Of a stretch of DNA of 64,000 nucleotides, positions 37,554-47,777 are shown in pieces. The position numbers were made by a program, and so were the translations under genes. This stretch comes from a virus. Numbering within the stretch: position 1 is the stretch's first letter; every line of letters starts with the position of its first letter. Under the pieces are notes generated by a model that was given only the letters and a program-made list of their open reading frames with translations, had not been told where the DNA came from and made no database searches. The stretch is taken from IMG/VR virus record IMGVR_UViG_3300045988_159421; one strand, 5' to 3'.

Positions 37554-38267
37554 CTAAAATATAATTTCTGTGCTTTTTTCTGCTATTAAAACAGGTATTC
37601 CAGTAGCTTCTTCTACCTTTTCTTTCATTATTTGACTATCTCCGTGTTTGTCACTTAAATGTAATAACATCAAATTTCTTGTCTTACTTAAATCACTAGC
37701 TTTTAGAAAGTCAATTACATTTTCAAGTTCAAAATGTGATTCTTTTATACGAACGCTTAAACTTGTTTCTATGCAATATTCTTCTAAATTTTCTTTGATA
37801 TAGTTACATTCAACCAAGATACTATTTACATTCTTGAAGTTGTATTCACAGTAGCAAGTATCAGTTATAAATAACAAAGTTCCTATGTCCTGATGTTTTA
37901 TAAGAAATCCTAAAGGTTCTTCTGCATCATGAATAACATCAAACGGTAAAATAGTAAAATTTCCTATTTGTTGCCTTTTGTTAGCTTTTACTATTTTAGT
38001 CCTATAGTTTTTTATGTTTAACTTTTCAAAAGTCCCCTTAGCTGAATATACATCTATTTCATTTTCTGTTAAGTCTTTAATTGATTTAGAGTGATCTTTA
38101 TGTTCATGAGTAACTAAACATCCAACAACTTTGTCAATTTTGTAATTAAGACCTTTTAAAATTTCTTTATATTTGATACCTGCTTCAATTATTAGAGTTT
38201 CATCAGGAGTAATAAGTAAATAGCAATTACCCCTGCTCCCACTTGCTAAAACTTTTAAAACGGACAA
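37554..38267 (-). CDS. metallo-beta-lactamase-fold hydrolase (likely nuclease partner of RecT)
   Basis: HxHxDH motif THEHKDHS. Adjacent to the RecT-like gene. Confidence 0.65.
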   Translation of the reverse strand: MSVLKVLASGSRGNCYLLITPDETLIIEAGIKYKEILKGLNYKIDKVVGCLVTHEHKDHSKSIKDLTENEIDVYSAKGTFEKLNIKNYRTKIVKANKRQQIGNFTILPFDVIHDAEEPLGFLIKHQDIGTLLFITDTCYCEYNFKNVNSILVECNYIKENLEEYCIETSLSVRIKESHFELENVIDFLKASDLSKTRNLMLLHLSDKHGDSQIMKEKVEEATGIPVLIAEKSTEIIF

Positions 38268-39166
38268 TCTTCTTCCTCTTGAGTTTCTTCTACAACTTCA
38301 GCATCTATTTTCGTATCTTCATCAATTATTTCTGCTTCCATTTGCTCTACTTCATCTATATCTATTGTTTTTTTATTAGCTTTTTCTGTTATTTCACTTT
38401 CAAAAGCTTCATTTTGGAATGTCACAACATCTTCATCATCTGAATAAGGGCTTCTATTAAATGCACTTGCAAATAACTCACTATCATCTGATGTATTTAT
38501 ATATAATTTACAAGCTCTATTTATAACAGTTCTTTTAGCCATTTGATCTGGGAAATTTATATGTGAAGGACTTTTACCTTTTGTTGGTCCTTGCGCCCAT
38601 GATGTTTTTATTTGTGGCATACTCATATATTCCGTATGTAAAACCCCTTCTTCTCCTATAACAACAGCAAATGCTCCTATTATCTTTGAGTTATCTATAT
38701 TTTTTAAATCAGGTTTATAATCTATTACATTTATATTTCCATTTTTATACTCAAACTCAACTTCATCACCTTCATAGATACAATAAGCTTTCACATCTTT
38801 TATATATTTACTTCTTTTCGCTGCAGCTATAGTTCCCATATAGCTTTTAGTTAGTTGGAGTTTATTTCCATGTGGAATAAAGTAACATTGCTTTTTCGAA
38901 GGACTTAATCCTTGAATAATCATATCTAAAAGAGAATTTGCTATACTTACTTTTGTACAAGTTTCTAATACACATCTTTTATTTTTATCTTTTGTTTCTT
39001 GTAAGATTAGATAAGCTGATTTTAAAGCGTTTTGTGCTGCATAATTCTCTGGTATTACTAATTCTTTACTTGCTTGTAACTCTCTTACCCTTTCTAAAAC
39101 TTCGTCTGTAACAGTTTTAGGTTTTTCTGCAATATTTTGAGATTGTTTAATTATTTGATTTTTCAA
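38255..39166 (-). CDS. recT: RecT-family single-strand annealing protein
   Basis: Core IIQGLSPSKKQCYFIPHGNKLQLTKSYMGTIAAAKRS matches the RecT pattern. Acidic C-terminal tail. TTG start after AGGAGAG. Confidence 0.65.
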   Translation of the reverse strand: MKNQIIKQSQNIAEKPKTVTDEVLERVRELQASKELVIPENYAAQNALKSAYLILQETKDKNKRCVLETCTKVSIANSLLDMIIQGLSPSKKQCYFIPHGNKLQLTKSYMGTIAAAKRSKYIKDVKAYCIYEGDEVEFEYKNGNINVIDYKPDLKNIDNSKIIGAFAVVIGEEGVLHTEYMSMPQIKTSWAQGPTKGKSPSHINFPDQMAKRTVINRACKLYINTSDDSELFASAFNRSPYSDDEDVVTFQNEAFESEITEKANKKTIDIDEVEQMEAEIIDEDTKIDAEVVEETQEEEDCPF

Positions 39167-39225
39167 TACTCGTCACTCTCCTAACTTTTTAGTGTTTAAT
39201 TATGTTTAATTATAGACAAATGTGT

Positions 39226-40473
39226 TTATATCACACTATCTAACCAATAAATTTTATTATATTTCCAAAGTAATCTACATTTTCTTACATTTACTTTTTT
39301 GCAATGTTTTGTAGGACTTTGAAAATTTAATGCGTTCAAATGTGGATATAATGCTGTAACATATCCTTTATGAGTTTCTCCATTTCTGTAAGTATATTCA
39401 ACCAAATCTCTATGTTTAATTCCTAATACATTATCTGTTTTTGCTTTTGATTTTCTACGCATCGGTTTAATCATCCATTCTTTTATATTGCAAGTATCTG
39501 GAAAACAATTTGTTATACAAATAGCATCGTTTGAATGAGATTTTTCTATATTCCATTCAATTCTTTTATTTGCAGTATCTCCACCTGTTGTAAGATGTAA
39601 TATTCCTAATTGTTTAATATTTTCTCTAAGATAATTTTTACCTTGCATGACATGCATTGCATAATCAAATCTTTTTGGCTTACTTTTTATTTTGGTGAAA
39701 TATCTCTCTTCAAATTCTCGTTCTTTCCCTTCTGTCTTTTGATGACAAGAAGAACAAAGAGTAATGAGATTCCCAATAGTATTTGCTCCACCAAATCTCT
39801 TTGCTCGAATATGATGAACCTCAAGTACAGTATTTGTTTTTCCACATTCTTGACATTTACAACTATCTCTTAATATTGTCGCTTTTCTAAGATTTTCATC
39901 TAATCTATTATTCTTCTGATATTGCCAATTATAAGGTTTATATCCATCGGTCATTGCTCTTATATCTATTGCTACATCTTCAAGATAATATTCTTTAATA
40001 TTTATCCATTTATTTAATTGATATAAAACTCTAAGAATAGAATCTTTCTTTTGTTTAATACTTGGCGCTAATCTATTAGTTTTTTTTGAAGATGCTCTAT
40101 TATTGAATCTAGGTTTACGATATCTTTTATGATATCTACGGTATTGTCTATATCCTCTACGAACATCCATTAAGTGTTTTACATCTTGTCTTTGTTCAAT
40201 AGTTCCTTTAAATACAACTTTATTTTTACTTGGACATTTTTGAACAATTGCTATTCCAACATGAGAACTACCATCGTCAATTCCACAAACCATATGACTT
40301 TCATCTTCGTCATCAGGTTCAACTTCTTTTTCTAACTGAATTACCATAGGATATTTACTTTTTAATTTTGCTCGACCTTTTCTAATCAAATACCAACCTT
40401 TATTTACTTTAGTTGGAGCTAAAGGTCTATTGTTTTTATCTACAACAAAACAATATTCAATTTTATTTTCCAT
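39226..40473 (-). CDS. iscB: IscB (OMEGA-class RNA-guided RuvC/HNH nuclease)
   Basis: PLMP-like N-terminus ([23 protein letters not shown]). Ruv[15 protein letters not shown]. Arg-rich bridge helix [25 protein letters not shown] insert CQECGK...LEVHHI...[10 protein letters not shown]. RuvC-III HSNDAI. 415 aa. Confidence 0.75.
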   Translation of the reverse strand: MENKIEYCFVVDKNNRPLAPTKVNKGWYLIRKGRAKLKSKYPMVIQLEKEVEPDDEDESHMVCGIDDGSSHVGIAIVQKCPSKNKVVFKGTIEQRQDVKHLMDVRRGYRQYRRYHKRYRKPRFNNRASSKKTNRLAPSIKQKKDSILRVLYQLNKWINIKEYYLEDVAIDIRAMTDGYKPYNWQYQKNNRLDENLRKATILRDSCKCQECGKTNTVLEVHHIRAKRFGGANTIGNLITLCSSCHQKTEGKEREFEERYFTKIKSKPKRFDYAMHVMQGKNYLRENIKQLGILHLTTGGDTANKRIEWNIEKSHSNDAICITNCFPDTCNIKEWMIKPMRRKSKAKTDNVLGIKHRDLVEYTYRNGETHKGYVTALYPHLNALNFQSPTKHCKKVNVRKCRLLWKYNKIYWLDSVI

Positions 40474-40775
40474 CTCTGGACACCTTCCTTTCGGAGAATT
40501 TTTCGTCTTGGGAATGTCAAGTAGAGGATATGTGTTTCCCTGTTATCAATACAGGACATTAGCATTGTTTCTTGGTTAGCACTCACAGAGTTTCAGACTG
40601 ACGATTACATCTAAAAGTGTGTGTTTACCTTACTACTCAACATAGTTCATATCTGCAATATATGTTTCCATAAAAGCAGTCACTAACCCTTGAAACCTCT
40701 TGTTAAGCCATATACAAAAGACTAATGTGTCCACTTTTCTATATGTTTGACTATATATTTCTATGTATATAGTCA
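40474..40775 (-). ncRNA. candidate omega-RNA (HEARO-type) upstream of iscB
   Basis: About 300-nt ORF-free, comparatively G+C-rich leader directly 5' of iscB. A perfect 9-bp hairpin GACTATATA/TATATAGTC sits at its distal end (40749-40774). Exact extent is inferred. Confidence 0.5.
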
Positions 40776-41015
40776 CTTAACAATTAGTCCTGTTGCTAGT
40801 AACAATATGCGTTTAACTTTTTCTTTCCTTTGTTCTTCTGTTAGATAGTTATTTTTCTTAGTCAATCTATCTTGTTTATGTCTCTTAGCTTTTTCAAAAT
40901 TAACCTTTCCTCTAACTGAAGATAATGTTCGCCCTAAATATTTTGCTATTTCTTCATCTGATATTAATTTATAATTTTCTTCTAAAAACTTTTCTTCTTC
41001 TATGCTCCATTTCAT
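40773..41015 (-). CDS. small SANT/Myb-like protein
   Basis: WSIEEEKFLEENYKLISDEEIAKYLGRTLSSVRGK. Confidence 0.4.
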   Translation of the reverse strand: MKWSIEEEKFLEENYKLISDEEIAKYLGRTLSSVRGKVNFEKAKRHKQDRLTKKNNYLTEEQRKEKVKRILLLATGLIVK

Positions 41016-41023
41016 TTTTACAC

Positions 41024-42973
41024 CTATTCATTTATTTTTATTTCTTTATCCTCTGTGACTACCAACTTAATCAATTGACCTTTAGTATCTGCTATTTTAT
41101 TTACACATTCACTATTATCAATGAATATAGGTGCGACTAATTCGAAATACTCGGATAAAGTGTTTATTATATCTATACCAGCATTTATTTGACCTGCAGT
41201 ATTTGCATTAGAAAATGGTACTCCATTTATAGTTGCCTCACAGGTTTCTGCAATAGCTCCGTTAACTTGAGTAGAGAATAATTTAAAGCTTACGTTCTTA
41301 AAATGCTTATTTATATTTTTTTCTAAAAGTTCTACTCTCTTAGTAATAAACTTTTCATATAGCATTATAAGACCTTCTTGTCTTGCTATTTCTACTCCGA
41401 TTTGTTTTTCCTCTGCTTTTAGATCTTCTATTCTTTGATTTACTTTCTTGTTATTTTTAACTGCTCCTAATTGACTATATAACCCTTTTAGTTGTGTATT
41501 AATTTCTCCTTTTTCAATTAAAAGTCCTGATTTATCTGGATATGTATCATCTTCTTGTAAACTTTCTAAAAGCTTGTTGTTTTCTCTTTTAAGTTTTAAT
41601 ATTTTTTCTTTCGTTGCATCATTAGGCGTATAAGAAATACCTCCTATTTGGCTTTCTAGCTGATTTATTTTTTCTTTCTTGATGTTTATATTATTTTCTA
41701 TCTCAGAAAGCTTTAAAGTATAATTTTCGATATCTTCTTGAATATCTTCTTGTTCTTTAACTTTTATTTTGCCTTTTTCTATTACTTCTTCTTTTCTTCT
41801 AGCTTTATCAAGATTGAAGTTTTTCTCTAATTCTGCTTGTTTTTCTTCTATGTCTGATTCATCAAAAGGTCGTTTACAAGTAGGACACTCTGTTTTTATA
41901 CTACTAAAATCAACTTTCTCAGCTTGAATTCCACTAAATTCTTCTCTTAATTTAGCAGCTTCATTTTTTAGCATTTCAAACTTTCTAGTTAATCCATCTA
42001 TTTTATATTCACATTCATTTTTCTTTTGTTGTTGTGAATATAAATCTTTTTCTTCTTTTCTTCTTTCTTCTTCTAATATTCTTACTTTATTGTCATAATC
42101 TTTTCTGTCAGCTTGTCTTTCTTCTTCGATTAAGTTTTCATTTTCACTTATTTTTTTCATTACTTCATTTCTTTTAGCTAATAATTCTTTACTACTATTA
42201 GCTATATCGCTTATTTTATTGTCTATATCTTTTAACTTACTTTCTTTAAATGCTATTTCTTTTTCAACTTCTTTTACATCTAAATCAACTACTGTTTCCA
42301 TTAATTCCTCGATTTTATAAGGAATTGACTTTTTATTTTCTCTTAGTTTTTTAATGCTACCTTTTTTACTATCTATTAGCTTTGATACATCTTCTTTTTC
42401 TAGATCTTGTTTTACTAAATTTAAATCTTTATCAGTTTTTACAACATCATCTACTGATATATTCCCTCCAGCAACTTCTAAGATGACTTTTCTTTGTTCT
42501 TTCCAACCAAGAGAATGAAAATGGAAAGGGTTAGTTAATAATTTAAATGTTTCTTCGTCTGCTATTTCATTTATTTGCTTGTTATAATCTGATTTTTTAA
42601 CTGGAATATCATCAATTTCATATTTTGTTGTATTCCCATCAAATACTTTTTCGCTTTCTCCTCTTCTAGAGGTCCATTTTTCTTTATATTCTTTTGATAG
42701 TTTTACTTCTAATCCATCTACTTCTAAGATGCCTGTTACATGAGGATTTAAACCTCTTATATATTCGTTATTTTCATCTAAAGGTTTTAACTCAAATTTG
42801 CTATCTCCTTTACTGTTTTTATCGAATAATAACCATGTAAAAGCATCAAATATACTTGATTTTCCAGTTGCATTTTGGCCTGATATTGTTGTGATATCTT
42901 TGAAATTTATGTCTAATTTTGATATGCCTTTAAAATTGCTTATTGATAGTTGTTTTAATTTTATCTCTTTCAT
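41024..42973 (-). CDS. SbcC/Rad50-like SMC-type ATPase
   Basis: Walker A GQNATGKSS, a long coiled coil with a CPTCKRP zinc hook, and C-terminal Walker B IFIDNSE. Confidence 0.75.
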   Translation of the reverse strand: MKEIKLKQLSISNFKGISKLDINFKDITTISGQNATGKSSIFDAFTWLLFDKNSKGDSKFELKPLDENNEYIRGLNPHVTGILEVDGLEVKLSKEYKEKWTSRRGESEKVFDGNTTKYEIDDIPVKKSDYNKQINEIADEETFKLLTNPFHFHSLGWKEQRKVILEVAGGNISVDDVVKTDKDLNLVKQDLEKEDVSKLIDSKKGSIKKLRENKKSIPYKIEELMETVVDLDVKEVEKEIAFKESKLKDIDNKISDIANSSKELLAKRNEVMKKISENENLIEEERQADRKDYDNKVRILEEERRKEEKDLYSQQQKKNECEYKIDGLTRKFEMLKNEAAKLREEFSGIQAEKVDFSSIKTECPTCKRPFDESDIEEKQAELEKNFNLDKARRKEEVIEKGKIKVKEQEDIQEDIENYTLKLSEIENNINIKKEKINQLESQIGGISYTPNDATKEKILKLKRENNKLLESLQEDDTYPDKSGLLIEKGEINTQLKGLYSQLGAVKNNKKVNQRIEDLKAEEKQIGVEIARQEGLIMLYEKFITKRVELLEKNINKHFKNVSFKLFSTQVNGAIAETCEATINGVPFSNANTAGQINAGIDIINTLSEYFELVAPIFIDNSECVNKIADTKGQLIKLVVTEDKEIKINE

Positions 42974-42982
42974 TTTCTCCCC

Positions 42983-43138
42983 CTATTTAAAAAACTCTAA
43001 TGGTGATACATTTAAAGCTTTCGAAAGTCCTTTTAGCACTACTAGAGTAGGATTTGTTATAACCCCATTCTCTAGTTTTGCTATATAGCTTTCTGTAACA
43101 CCAACTGCGTTTGCTAATTCTGTTCGGCTTTTTTTCAT
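42983..43138 (-). CDS. XRE-family HTH mini-regulator (51 aa)
   Basis: My translation is MKKSRTELANAVGVTESYIAKLENGVITNPTLVVLKGLSKALNVSPLEFFK. Below the track cutoff. Confidence 0.5.
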   Translation of the reverse strand: MKKSRTELANAVGVTESYIAKLENGVITNPTLVVLKGLSKALNVSPLEFFK

Positions 43139-43385
43139 ATTTAGCCTTTTACTCCTAACATAACCCCCCTATGTTCATTTGATTACCCCCTTATAAGTTT
43201 CTATAAATTCTAAAATTGTAAGTGTCGGATACTTTTCTGCTATTTTTTTTAAGGTTTCTATTTTGCAAATCAATTTAATCATCTCCTTCTGCATTAGCAC
43301 ACCACCATGCTCCAACCACAAAACCTATACAGAAAATTAAACTTATTTCTAAAAATTTAATTATCATTTATACTCCCCATTTAAA

Positions 43386-43796
43386 TTAAAAAGGTATGTC
43401 ATCATCATCTATAGCTTGAAATCCATTTGGATCTAACCCTGGATTTGTTATATTATTTGTTCCTTGTTGATTATCTTTCGGATAATCTAATGCTTGTACA
43501 CTTCTACCACTAACCTTAGTAAAAGTTCTATTTTCTCCATCTTGAGTTTGATATCTATCAACTCTAAGATTTCCTTGAATAGCAACTAATCTACCTTTTG
43601 TTATATAATTAGCACAAAATTCAGCTGCTTTCCCTATAACTTCTATTGGTATAAAGTCTGTTTCTTTTGTCCCATCTTTTTTCTTATAGTCTCTGTCTAT
43701 TGCCATCGTAAAAGTAGCAACAGGTGTTCCAGAATTAGGTATGTATCTTAACTCTGGGTCTTTTGTTAATCGTCCTACTAAAACTACATTATTCAT
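43386..43796 (-). CDS. ssb: single-stranded DNA-binding protein
   Basis: MNNVVLVGRLTKDPELRY OB-fold N-terminus and acidic DDDIPF tail. The likely start is the internal ATG 43796, after GGAAAGG. Confidence 0.85.
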   Translation of the reverse strand: MNNVVLVGRLTKDPELRYIPNSGTPVATFTMAIDRDYKKKDGTKETDFIPIEVIGKAAEFCANYITKGRLVAIQGNLRVDRYQTQDGENRTFTKVSGRSVQALDYPKDNQQGTNNITNPGLDPNGFQAIDDDDIPF

Positions 43797-44388
43797 CTTT
43801 ACCTTTCCTTTCACTAACTTTCATTATTAATTTAGCTATATTTGAACCCGTTTTCGTCAATTCTTTATCATGAAAAATTAATTTTTCATGGTTCATTCTT
43901 AGTAATTGACTTTTATTAATTAATATTAAATTATCTTTTTCTAAGTTCAATTTGTTTTGATCAGCAAATATAACTACATCATCTTGTGTTAATTTGATAT
44001 TATGATATTTTTCATATAGAATCCTATGCTTCAACTTCCACACATTAGGTTCTTTTACTTTCATTAGAATATATCCATTACTATCAATTCTTTCACTACC
44101 AATTTCTTTTTTATTCCAAGGTTTACAACCTTTTTGAAAAGAAGTTTTATTTGGACCAGTAAGTCCTTTAGTTCCTTTATTCCACGTTTTATGTCCCTTT
44201 TGAAACTGGCCATCAAACTCTGTGTTATATCCATATCTTTTAATTGCACTTGTTATTTGACTTAGTTTGAATTTATACTCAAATTTTTCGTTCATTAAGT
44301 CTAATATTTCCTTACGATGTTTCCCTGGAGTAATTTCTCCAAGATACTTTTTTTCTTCTTCACTCCATTTATGTGGTTTTTCGCTCAT
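43789..44388 (-). CDS. HNH homing endonuclease
   Basis: NGYILMKV...HRILYEKYHNIKLTQDDVVIFADQNKLNLEKDNLILI is an HNH_3-like pattern. Confidence 0.6.
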   Translation of the reverse strand: MSEKPHKWSEEEKKYLGEITPGKHRKEILDLMNEKFEYKFKLSQITSAIKRYGYNTEFDGQFQKGHKTWNKGTKGLTGPNKTSFQKGCKPWNKKEIGSERIDSNGYILMKVKEPNVWKLKHRILYEKYHNIKLTQDDVVIFADQNKLNLEKDNLILINKSQLLRMNHEKLIFHDKELTKTGSNIAKLIMKVSERKGKDE

Positions 44389-44630
44389 TATTCACCACCT
44401 TCTAGCATTTTAGGCATTTCTTTTTCATTGTTTTTACCATATTCTAATTCTATGGATTTTGCTTTTAATACAACATTTGCATTGGCAATAATTTGTTTTG
44501 AAACTCCTATAACTGCTTTACTTCTTATAATTTCATCTTCTAATTTTTCTCCTGTTATCTCTTCGTCATTTAAACGTTCTAATTGAGCGAATAAATGATT
44601 GTTTAGATCACCCAAAGTATTCCTAGGCAC
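44388..44630 (-). CDS. hypothetical protein
   Basis: 80-aa ORF. Confidence 0.4.
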   Translation of the reverse strand: MPRNTLGDLNNHLFAQLERLNDEEITGEKLEDEIIRSKAVIGVSKQIIANANVVLKAKSIELEYGKNNEKEMPKMLEGGE

Positions 44631-44633
44631 TTT

Positions 44634-45317
44634 TTAAACCCCCTTAGTTATTCTCATATTCGGTACATTTTTAAACTCGATTATATTTTCTCTACACATT
44701 TCTATGATTCTACTAGTTATAGCAGCATCATAATTCATCAATTCATCTAGTGATTTTTCTGTACTTACTATAATCGGTTTTTCTGTCATGTAACGATAAT
44801 TTATTATTTCATAGATATACTTTCTATCAGCTTCGCTTGTTTGACCTTTGAGTAAATCATCAACGAATAGCACAGTGCAATTCTTATACTGGTCTATTTC
44901 TTTGTTGTAATTAATTGGATCCATACAACATTGTTTTAGTTTCATAATTAAGCTAACATATTCAGCATATCTACATCCTACATTTTGATTTACGAGTTGC
45001 ATCATCATTGCAATTCCTAAATGGGTTTTTCCCGTTCCTGGTTTTCCAGTTAATAAGAAACTACCCTTTTCCTCTTTAAACTTCTTACAGTAGCTCATGG
45101 CTCGTAATTTTGCCTGTTTCTGATGCTCTGTATCTGTTTTGAAGTTTAAAAAAGTTTTCTTTTTAAAAGAATCCGTTAGGCCACATCTTTCTAACTTTTC
45201 TTTTATGTGTCTTTTCTTGATACATTCACAAGGAACGGCTTGAGTATAGCCTTCTTTATCTTCTTGTAAAGTGTACCCTAAATCTCTACACTTCTCACAT
45301 TGATATTCTATAGCCAT
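44634..45317 (-). CDS. DnaC/IstB-like helicase loader ATPase
   Basis: Walker A GKPGTGKTHL, Walker B VLFVDDL, N-terminal Zn-ribbon CEKC...CEC. Confidence 0.75.
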   Translation of the reverse strand: MAIEYQCEKCRDLGYTLQEDKEGYTQAVPCECIKKRHIKEKLERCGLTDSFKKKTFLNFKTDTEHQKQAKLRAMSYCKKFKEEKGSFLLTGKPGTGKTHLGIAMMMQLVNQNVGCRYAEYVSLIMKLKQCCMDPINYNKEIDQYKNCTVLFVDDLLKGQTSEADRKYIYEIINYRYMTEKPIIVSTEKSLDELMNYDAAITSRIIEMCRENIIEFKNVPNMRITKGV

Positions 45318-46255
45318 TTTTCTATGCTGCCGCCTCCCATTTCATCTAATTCTTTTTGTAATTCGTCTATTTCATCTAAGTCATCTTGACTTACTGGTTT
45401 CATTTTCTCGGGATCTATATAACCTTGATATTTTTGTAAGTCCTCTAATATGTTTGAATTGTTATTGTCTTGATGTTTATTTGAGTTGTAGTTACTGAAG
45501 TTGTCTTTTAGTGGAAAAACTCCTTGCCAACAATTTTCAATCGAGTTTTCCAGTATTTTTATTTTGATATCATCTGTTGTTGCTAACTTATCTAGTTTAT
45601 TTAGTATTCCTTTTAAGGCTCTTTCTGTAACAGGCTTTTTAATGCTCTTTCGCATTTTCATAAAATCTATTATTGTTTCCTGTAAGAAAGAGTTAGAAGT
45701 ATACTCATTTATAAGAACATCTAAATCAGTTCTTTTTTTCTTTTTTTCTTTTTTATTAAGACTGTTATTATTAACACTATTAATATTTAAACTGTTATTA
45801 TTAAGACTGTTAATATTAGTGTATTCGTTTTCGAGATATTCATTTTCGATATCTTTATTTTCGTGATATTCATTTTCGATATCTTTATTTTCGTGATATT
45901 CATTTTCGATATCTCTAAAATTAATACATCGGTCTCTTTCATCCATTATGATTTCATATATATTTTTTGCTTTTAAATTACCTGATTTTATTCTTTCTAC
46001 TTTTATGTACCCGGATTCTTTTAATGTTTTTAAGTGTTTAGTAAATCTATTGATTGAGATTCCTAATTCTTCACACATTAAATCTCTACTTGGATAACAT
46101 GTTTTTTTATCTCCAGCGAAGGCTATTAAATATGCATAAATTGCTTTTGCCTCAATTGAAAGATTCTTATCTCTCATAACTATCTTAGGTATTATTCCAT
46201 ACCCATCACGTAAAATACTATTTTTGTTGTATTTTACCTCCATTGAATCTGTCAT
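45308..46255 (-). CDS. replisome organiser (wHTH N-terminus plus DnaD-like C-terminus) with internal repeats
   Basis: N-terminal GIIPKIVMRDKNLSIEAKAIYAYLIAFAG...GISINRFTKHLKTLKESGYI. C-terminal DnaD-like LQETIIDFMKMRKSIKKPVTERALKGILNKL. Tandem ENEYHENKDI repeats. Confidence 0.6.
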   Translation of the reverse strand: MTDSMEVKYNKNSILRDGYGIIPKIVMRDKNLSIEAKAIYAYLIAFAGDKKTCYPSRDLMCEELGISINRFTKHLKTLKESGYIKVERIKSGNLKAKNIYEIIMDERDRCINFRDIENEYHENKDIENEYHENKDIENEYLENEYTNINSLNNNSLNINSVNNNSLNKKEKKKKRTDLDVLINEYTSNSFLQETIIDFMKMRKSIKKPVTERALKGILNKLDKLATTDDIKIKILENSIENCWQGVFPLKDNFSNYNSNKHQDNNNSNILEDLQKYQGYIDPEKMKPVSQDDLDEIDELQKELDEMGGGSIEKWL

Positions 46256-46268
46256 TTAATCACCTCGT

Positions 46269-46451
46269 TTAAACTTGCTGGCTTTCCTTCTCTTTTACTA
46301 ATTCAGAAAGTTTAGAAGGGTCTATTCCTAAAATTTTTGCTGATTCAGAAACTTGAAAAGCTTTTATAATTTTAAGAACCGTGTTGTAATTTTCTTTATT
46401 AAGTCCTTGTAAATCTGATGCTATTTTTAGTCTTTCTTCATATCTAGTCAT
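46269..46451 (-). CDS. small Cro/Excisionase-position protein
   Basis: 60-aa ORF divergent from the CI-like gene. Confidence 0.35.
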   Translation of the reverse strand: MTRYEERLKIASDLQGLNKENYNTVLKIIKAFQVSESAKILGIDPSKLSELVKEKESQQV

Positions 46452-46682
46452 CTAATTACCTCCTTCGTTGTTTTTCGTTTATATATACATTATATTCCAT
46501 TTTTTTACGTTAGTCAACGAATTTTTAAACATTTTTAATTATTATTTCTCGTTTTGTGTCGTTGGTATTTTTATCCCATTAACGACTTTTTACAATTTTC
46601 TCGTTTATTTTTTTCTATTAATATGTTACAATTATTGTATATTAATAAAATAAAAACTTTTAAATATAATTGGAGGCAAGAT

Positions 46683-47069
46683 ATGAATGGTGTAAATGAA
46701 AAAGATATTGGTAAAAGAATTGAATTCATAAGAAAGAAAGAAAAGCTTTCAAGACGAGAGTTTGGAAAAATAGTAAATAAAAGCGAAGATGCTGTATATA
46801 ATATTGAGAAAGCTAGAGCTAAAATAAGTGATGATATTATTTATAGCATATGTAATATTTTCCACATTAATAAAAATTGGCTGCTTAATGGAGAGGATGG
46901 TATGTATGAAACTAATTCCAAACATATTAGACTTGCAAATATAGTTGGAAATTTAGAAAAAGAAGAAAATCTATTTGAATTAACAGAAATGCTTCTAGAT
47001 CTAAATGATAGACAAATTGAGGTAATTAAAGATTTAATAGATGTGTTTAAAGAATCAGAAAAAAAATAG
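46683..47069 (+). CDS. CI-like XRE-family repressor
   Basis: ATG 46683 after GGAGG. MNGVNEKDIGKRIEFIRKKEKLSRREFGKIVNKSEDAVYNIEKA HTH. The track ORF start at 46554 is probably too far upstream. Confidence 0.6.
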   Translation: MNGVNEKDIGKRIEFIRKKEKLSRREFGKIVNKSEDAVYNIEKARAKISDDIIYSICNIFHINKNWLLNGEDGMYETNSKHIRLANIVGNLEKEENLFELTEMLLDLNDRQIEVIKDLIDVFKESEKK

Positions 47070-47098
47070 GTGCTATGCACCTACTTTTTATTTTCCTC
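47068..47098 (+). terminator. intrinsic terminator after the CI-like gene
   Basis: GGTGC-TAT-GCACC hairpin followed by TACTTTTTATTTT. Confidence 0.5.
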
Positions 47099-47359
47099 GT
47101 TTTTTTTATTTTTCTTTGTTAAATATTGATAAACTAACCCCAGTGTATCAATATCTTTATTTTGTTTTAACAAAATTATTATTTCTTCTTTTAATTTTGT
47201 TATATAGTCCATAGCATCTCCCCCAAAACAGCTTAATAATATCGAACTTACGTTCTATGTAGATATATTATAATACTAATTTTCATAAAATTCTATACCT
47301 TATTTATATTATACTTCCATTTATTGCCATTTTGTCTATTTGTCCCATATTGCGGGACA

Positions 47360-47560
47360 CTATTTGTATTCAGAATCAAATAAGTCAGTTATTCTACAAC
47401 CTAAAGCTATCGCTATTTTTTCTAGCTTTACTAGATCCAGTACTGTATCGTTATTCTCCAGTCTAAAGAGAGTACTTTTACTTAGTTTAGTTTTGTATGC
47501 TAACTTTCTAAGACTATGATTTTTCTCGTTTCTTACCTTTGAAATATTGTTAATTATCAT
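47360..47560 (-). CDS. XRE-family HTH regulator (66 aa)
   Basis: NHSLRKLAYKTKLSKSTLFRLENN HTH. Confidence 0.55.
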   Translation of the reverse strand: MIINNISKVRNEKNHSLRKLAYKTKLSKSTLFRLENNDTVLDLVKLEKIAIALGCRITDLFDSEYK

Positions 47561-47637
47561 AAAATTTATTCTAAAATAACTGCTTTTTCTCGTAAATGTA
47601 AAATATTTGGTTAATATTCCACAAAAACACTAGAAAA

Positions 47638-47718
47638 GAAAAAAAATCCACCTTCCGCAAGATGGATTTTCTTCTAAATAATCATAGGTCATATATAAGA
47701 TACAGAAATACTTTTAAC
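47638..47718 (-). ncRNA. candidate sRNA 1 (box-B promoter to intrinsic terminator, about 80 nt)
   Basis: Box plus TTTTCA-N17-TATAAT at 47725-47768. Terminator hairpin ATCCATCTT-GCGG-AAGGTGGAT plus T8 at 47638-47667. Confidence 0.55.
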
Positions 47719-47724
47719 AATTTA

Positions 47725-47768
47725 ATTATAACATTCCAATACTTATTTGAAAATCGGAACATATTCCT
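47725..47768 (-). promoter_or_regulatory. box-B promoter
   Basis: AGGAATATGTTCCGATTTTCA-N17-TATAAT on the minus strand. Confidence 0.6.
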
Positions 47769-47777
47769 AACTTTTAC

